Below are positions 49,475 to 54,128 of a stretch of DNA of 54,128 bases, piece by piece (the first letter of the stretch is position 1; each line of letters opens with the position of its first letter). A program made the translations under genes and the position numbers. The notes below the pieces were generated by a model. It saw only the letters and a program-made list of their open reading frames with translations, had not been told where the DNA came from and searched no databases. Source of the stretch: an uncultured Clostridia bacterium (lineage in GTDB: Bacteria; Bacillota; Clostridia; TANB77; CAG-508); the NCBI GenBank assembly GCA_944390515.1, contig CALXQG010000001.1:1-54128 (forward strand), in the 5' to 3' direction.

Positions 49475-50920
49475 AATTAATTCCGTCCCTTCCTAAGTAC
49501 AAATCTAGTTGAAAAAATTAAAATTTATTTTAACAAAAATAAATTTTAATAAATTAATTATAACATCTATGTCAAGGAAAATAAAATATTAAGAAATATT
49601 ATAATAATTATTTTAAATAATTTTTGAATTATTATTATAGTACTAAATAATTAAGAAAAAAATTATTATTATTAAAATAAATAAAAAAACAAATAAATAA
49701 ATTGCCGAAAATAATTTAATCTAAAATATTAATTATTATTTTAAATAATAATTAATAAATAAAAAACAATAATAAATAAAAAAATAAAAATAAAAAATTT
49801 TTTATTAAAAATCATAAATAAATTAATTACCAATAACCAAGTATAAAAATAAAAATAAAAATTAACATAAAATCTTAAACAAATGTAAAAAGAAAAACAA
49901 AAAACAATTAACATAAAGACAAGGAATTTTAAAATGTAATTACCTTTTATAGAAAACAAGGTAAAAAAATAATTTGTCAAAAAGAAGAAAACATATAATA
50001 AATAGTTAATCAAAAAATAGAGCAGAACAAAAAGTAAAAACTATAAATTATTTTATATAATGCAAAATTATATTAAAACAAATATATATAATTTAGAATA
50101 ATTGAAAAAAACTGAACGGAATATTGAAAGATAGGAGTTGTAATAAGAAAAACAATCTTACTTATCAATGGTAATAAAATATGACAGTAATATATGAAGT
50201 GTGAAATTTCTATAAAGAAAGAAAAATATTGTACAAGGAGAAAAATTATAGATTTGTCAAAAAGTAATTACAAAAGTATCAAAAAGACAAATAAAAGCAG
50301 TAGTAAATTATAAAAGAGTTATATAAGCAATGAAATATAAAAATTAGAAACAAATCGGTATACATAAATAATAAAACTAATGAAAGACAACTAATATTAA
50401 AAAATTAAAATTTATATATTATAATGTGGAAGTAATATAAAAGTTAGATATTAAAAACATTATTATTTATCAAAAAAATATAATTAATCAAAAATAAATA
50501 TAAAATAAATATGAATATTATAAAAATAAATCATTAAATAAAAAAATATATTTTTAAATAAACTTTTTACAATGAAAAATAATAAATAAATTTAAAAAGT
50601 AAAAAATAAAATGATAATAAAAATAAAAAATATTTTTGATAAAAAACATATATAAAAATAGAATAGTTAAAAATAAAATTATAAAATAATATTTATTTTA
50701 TAAAAATTAAAAAATTAAAAATACAATAATAAAAAGATGAGGGATTTGATAAGAAAATAAAGTGATAAGTATTATATAAATTTTCCTGTGATCTCCATCT
50801 GTATAATTTATACTTATCCTAATAATAACTTACATCTAAAATATTATGAATACTATCGGTTTACCAGTGTATTCTTATATAAGAAAGTAAATTTAAATAT
50901 AAAGAAATAAAAAATCAAAA
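49475..50920. other. 1.4-kb ORF-poor, extremely A+T-rich, A-skewed non-coding stretch
   Basis: Only one tracked ORF lies here (49741-50013, F/I/L/Y-rich, T-rich-strand artefact type). For example, 50521-50580 contains 4 G/C. Confidence 0.9.
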
Positions 50921-50955
50921 AACAAACTAATGTGATTTTTTCACATTAGTTTGTT
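50921..50955. terminator. terminator hairpin overlapping the stop of the DUF2207-like gene
   Basis: A 15-bp perfect stem AACAAACTAATGTGA/TCACATTAGTTTGTT with a T5 loop, flanked by A/T runs. Confidence 0.7.
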
Positions 50956-52091
50956 TTTAAACAATTATTTAGTAACTGTAAAAATATATTTAATTTCATA
51001 TTATTTTCATTTGTTTTATTTATGATTTTATCAGGAATTCCAAAAGCTGTTGCATAAACTAAATATTTTTCATATAGAGTTATATCTAAAGAATCTTTTT
51101 CATCTAGTAAACTAAAGTCTTCAATATATTTCTTTAAGCCTAAAACTTTATTCTGTTCGTATTTCCCATATTCAGTTAAAATATCTTTGTTGCACAAGGA
51201 GAAAATAATCATAAAATCTATTAAATATAATATTAAATCCAAACATTCTAGACCATTATTAATTATAGAAACTACGATAAAAATTGAAAATATTATTCGA
51301 ATAGCTATTTTTCTTATTTTCTTAAAATTATATTTAGATTTATATTTAGATTTATTTAAAAATAATGAAGTAACAGGAATGTTGTCTTCTCGACAGTATT
51401 TAAAAAATATAAATTCAATAAAATAAATATACCAAAATGGTGTGTAACTGTCATGAGAAGGATACCATATAATACTAATCGATATGTAAGTACATATGAA
51501 TAACAATACAAGTTGTATTAAAATTAAAAATTGTTTTGCTCTTAAATTATAAATATTCATTGAATAAGTTGTATCTTTAACTTTAGTTTTTATATTGTTT
51601 AGATTTTTAAAGAATTTTTTAGTTTTTTCGTTTGAATTTATAAAATATGAATTTAAGTCATCTAAATCAACTTCATTTGAATCTTTAAAAATAGTATCTA
51701 TTAAATCCTGTTCATAATCAGAAAGATTTTCTTTATTTAATAATATTATTTTATTATTATTAATGAAATCTATATTCTTATAAAGTTTTAAATTTAAAAG
51801 CAAGGTCATTAGAATATTCTTAGTATCAATCTTATTATCAACAATAAATTCAGCAATTTCAGGACTGACTATGTTATCTACATCTTTATAGTAATCACAA
51901 TTATTATATTTGTGTAATTCATCAATTTTATTAATCAGTTTAATTACAATTAGTATAACTAATAAAGCGCAAGGGAATTTTATTGAATACCAATATATCG
52001 TATTGCTAATATTCATATTAGATATAAAATAAATAACTCCTAAAACAATTATTATAAGTGGTATTAATAAATTTTTAATTGATTTTAACAT
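50946..52091 (-). CDS. DUF2207-like polytopic membrane protein
   Basis: The C-terminal YEKYLVYATAFGIPDKI is typical of DUF2207 proteins. Several TM helices are present. Confidence 0.65.
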   Translation of the reverse strand: MLKSIKNLLIPLIIIVLGVIYFISNMNISNTIYWYSIKFPCALLVILIVIKLINKIDELHKYNNCDYYKDVDNIVSPEIAEFIVDNKIDTKNILMTLLLNLKLYKNIDFINNNKIILLNKENLSDYEQDLIDTIFKDSNEVDLDDLNSYFINSNEKTKKFFKNLNNIKTKVKDTTYSMNIYNLRAKQFLILIQLVLLFICTYISISIIWYPSHDSYTPFWYIYFIEFIFFKYCREDNIPVTSLFLNKSKYKSKYNFKKIRKIAIRIIFSIFIVVSIINNGLECLDLILYLIDFMIIFSLCNKDILTEYGKYEQNKVLGLKKYIEDFSLLDEKDSLDITLYEKYLVYATAFGIPDKIINKTNENNMKLNIFLQLLNNCLKTN

Positions 52092-52232
52092 TTAATTAAT
52101 CATCTCCTTAAATTAAACAAAAAAACACTGATATTTTTATATAGAACAATTTCTGCTCAAGATAATTATAGTATACCCTAAATAAAACTAATTTGCAAAA
52201 ACTAATATTTTTCTGTATATTTTATTTCATAC

Positions 52233-52261
52233 TTGATTATTTTATTTAGTTATTGTAAAAT
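52233..52261 (+). promoter_or_regulatory. promoter of tRNA-Arg
   Basis: TTGATT (52233-52238), a 17-nt spacer, then TAAAAT (52256-52261). Confidence 0.5.
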
Positions 52262-52276
52262 ATAAAAGTAAATTAC

Positions 52277-52353
52277 GTACCAGTAGCTCACCTGGATAGA
52301 GCGTCGCCCTCCTAAGGCGAAGGTAGAAGGTTCAAGTCCTTTCTGGTACACCA
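52277..52353 (+). tRNA. tRNA-Arg (anticodon CCU)
   Basis: Acceptor stem GTACCAG/CTGGTAC, anticodon loop CTCCTAA, T-arm AAGGTTCAAGTCCTT, encoded CCA. Confidence 0.95.
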
Positions 52354-52356
52354 TAT

Positions 52357-52397
52357 AAAACTATTACAAAATTCAAATGATATTGTAATAGTTTTTT
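52357..52397 (+). terminator. intrinsic terminator after tRNA-Arg
   Basis: Stem AAAACTATTACAA/TTGTAATAGTTTT followed by a T-run. Confidence 0.7.
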
Positions 52398-52479
52398 AAT
52401 TTTATTATTTTAAAATTATCATCAAACATAAAATTATATAAATTTTTATAATCTACTTCAAAATAGTTTATTTAATTTT

Positions 52480-52523
52480 TTGCAAAATATTTTTCGTTGC
52501 AAAATATAAAACTTGCAAAATAT
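52480..52523 (+). repeat. three direct copies of TTGCAAAATAT upstream of tadA
   Basis: The copies start at 52480, 52497 and 52513, giving 17-nt and 16-nt periods. Confidence 0.7.
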
Positions 52524-52579
52524 AAAAAAGTATGTAATAATAATTAAACGTTATACCGTTTGTATGGGGGCAAAATAAA

Positions 52580-53095
52580 ATGCATGAAGAATATATGAAA
52601 GAAGCTTTGAAAGAAGCAAAGAAAGCCTATAAAAAATTGGAGATACCTGTTGGAGCTGTAATCGTAAAAGATGGAATAGTAATAGCCAAAGCCCATAATA
52701 TAAAAGAAGAAAAAAAGGATACAACAAAGCATGCTGAAATATTAGCAATACAAAGAGCTAGCAAAAAGTTAGGTACATGGAGGCTAAATGACTGTGAGAT
52801 GTATGTTACACTTGAACCATGCCCTATGTGTGCAGGTGCTATTATACAGTCTAGACTAAAAAAAGTAAATATTGGGACAATGGATGAAAAAACGGGAGCA
52901 TGTGGTTCTGTTCTTAATTTATTACAAGACTATAAATTTAATCACATAGTAGAGGTAGAAAAAGGTATATTAAAAGAGGAGTGCGAAAAAATATTAAAAG
53001 ATTTTTTTGTAATGCTTAGACAATATAAAAAAGAAAAAATGGAGACGTATCGAAGTGGTCATAACGAGGCTGACTCGAAATCAGTTGGTCAGTGA
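52580..53095 (+). CDS. tadA: tRNA-specific adenosine deaminase TadA
   Basis: The HAE and PCPMCAG zinc motifs are present. The 3' end of the ORF runs 55 nt into tRNA-Ser(CGA). Confidence 0.9.
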   Translation: MHEEYMKEALKEAKKAYKKLEIPVGAVIVKDGIVIAKAHNIKEEKKDTTKHAEILAIQRASKKLGTWRLNDCEMYVTLEPCPMCAGAIIQSRLKKVNIGTMDEKTGACGSVLNLLQDYKFNHIVEVEKGILKEECEKILKDFFVMLRQYKKEKMETYRSGHNEADSKSVGQ

Positions 53096-53133
53096 AAACT
53101 GGCACGTGAGTTCGAATCTCACCGTCTCCGCCA
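53041..53133 (+). tRNA. tRNA-Ser (anticodon CGA)
   Basis: GGAGACGTATCGAAGTGG...; anticodon loop CTCGAAA; long variable arm; T-arm GAGTTCGAATCTC; encoded CCA. Confidence 0.95.
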
Positions 53134-53227
53134 AAATGCACATATAAATAATTGGAATATAACATAGTAGAATGAATATAATTAGAAGGACAAGCAAAGA
53201 AACTGAAACTTAGAGGGAGGAAAAATA

Positions 53228-53971
53228 ATGGATAAAGAAAAAAAGAAACAGATAATAAAATTGTCAGTAGCTATTGTAATATTTGCTATTATCATAATTT
53301 TAGTAGCCACAGTAATGATACGTTATCAAGTAGAAGGAGATAAAAATATGCCATTTATTTTATCAAAAATAATTACAGTAAGTACTGCAGAAGGAAATGA
53401 AACCAAAGGAGATAAAAAGTGGAATTTTAATGTTTATCAAAATAATGATGTATATATATATATTGATAAAAATGAAAACTATTGGGGAGAAGAAAAAAGC
53501 ATTAAATCAGTAAAACTTGAAAACATAAATATATCTAAAACACCTACAAAAGGAGAAATAAAAACATATATGCCTAATAGTGTTGAAGGAAGATTATTTA
53601 GTTATAAGGAAGAATATTTAATAAGTGAGAATAAGATTGAATATAAGGGGGCAGAAGAGAGTAATCCAGAAACGCTTGAAATAGGAAGAAATGGTGGAAA
53701 TATTTTAGTTAGCTTTAGCAATAGCGGACTTGGAACATACAGTTCAGATAGTGATAAAGAAATAACACATGATGGAACATTATTAAACAAAATAAAAGTT
53801 TCGAATGAAGAGATAAAATTTGATGTTAATTTTGACATTGTGATAACCGTAGATAATTGTAGTTATAGAGCAAATATGACAATGCAAATGCCATGTGGTG
53901 ATATAACTAAAGATGGTACATGTAGTGAAGAGAAAACAGATTTTAGTGATTTAGTGTTTAAAAGGGAGTAG
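53228..53971 (+). CDS. hypothetical membrane-anchored protein
   Basis: 247 aa. N-terminal TM segment (LSVAIVIFAIIIILVATVMI). SD GGGAGGAAAA lies upstream. I recognised no family. Confidence 0.6.
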   Translation: MDKEKKKQIIKLSVAIVIFAIIIILVATVMIRYQVEGDKNMPFILSKIITVSTAEGNETKGDKKWNFNVYQNNDVYIYIDKNENYWGEEKSIKSVKLENINISKTPTKGEIKTYMPNSVEGRLFSYKEEYLISENKIEYKGAEESNPETLEIGRNGGNILVSFSNSGLGTYSSDSDKEITHDGTLLNKIKVSNEEIKFDVNFDIVITVDNCSYRANMTMQMPCGDITKDGTCSEEKTDFSDLVFKRE

Positions 53972-54005
53972 GAGACTGTGTGGTAGTATTTGACTCCAAA
54001 AAAAT

Positions 54006-54128
54006 ATTAGGGTAAAATAATTCTCTTACATATTTTACCAACTAAATTTTGTATATTTGAGGAATTACTGTTGTAAGTAATTCTTCAAATTCTTCTGGAT
54101 AATCTATATATCTATTCATTTTTCTTTT
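54006..54128 (-). CDS. 3' end of a minus-strand ORF that is open to the window edge
   Basis: Translated by hand as ...KRKMNRYIDYPEEFEELLTTVIPSNIQNLVGKICKRIILP, with the stop at 54008-54006. I cannot tell whether it starts at ATG 54119 or outside the window. Confidence 0.3.

Noticed and set aside
52544-52748. Two overlapping minus-strand ORFs (62 and 65 aa) at the tadA 5' end.
   Set aside because: They are antisense to the tadA start and promoter region and have no SD. They are shadow ORFs.

Overview
This is a very AT-rich chromosomal segment from an endospore-forming Firmicute. It looks Clostridia-like: spoIIR, spmA/spmB, abrB and a GerM-like gene are present. The window spans the replication origin. 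The backbone reads gyrA <- [4-gene insert] <- gyrB <- DUF370 <- recF <- dnaN <- dnaA | rpmH -> rnpA -> yidD -> yidC -> jag -> mnmE -> mnmG -> rsmG -> soj -> spo0J -> DUF4446 -> 2x tRNA-Ser. The dnaA-dnaN spacer carries DnaA boxes and a six-unit TAG DnaA-trio array. Further right are housekeeping and sporulation genes: a 1441-aa double-activase/dehydratase-like protein, gerM-like, a tRNA/rRNA methyltransferase, rsmI, abrB, spmAB, rlmH, a yycJ-like MBL hydrolase, murA, spoIIR, galU, pgcA, ttcA-like, a DUF2207-like protein, tRNA-Arg, tadA and tRNA-Ser. The most unusual content is a type IV secretion (T4SS)-like gene set with no relaxase, integrase or cell-wall hydrolase. It is split into two modules that converge on gyrA. 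The left module (601-4155, + strand) encodes a small TM protein, a VirD4/TraG-type coupling ATPase, a VirB2-like pilin, a VirB6-like protein and a VirB3/PrgI-like protein, and it is followed by dnaB-like/dnaI. The right module (8903-13524, - strand) encodes a VirB4 N-domain-like protein, a VirB4 ATPase, a CpaE/TadZ-like P-loop protein and an unknown protein, and it sits between gyrB and gyrA. The right module has a sigma-A-like promoter preceded by an 18-nt tandem Spo0A-box-like operator, and a GC-rich hairpin leader with a terminator-like stem. The same 18-mer, at the same 8-nt distance from a -35 hexamer, recurs at 41272 in front of a 40-aa membrane-peptide ORF. Two ORF-free, extremely A+T-rich, A-skewed stretches (about 2.2 kb at 30201-32394 and about 1.4 kb at 49475-50920) remain unexplained. 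I recognised no rRNA, CRISPR array, transposase, integrase or relaxase. All protein family calls come from motif recognition by eye; no searches were run.
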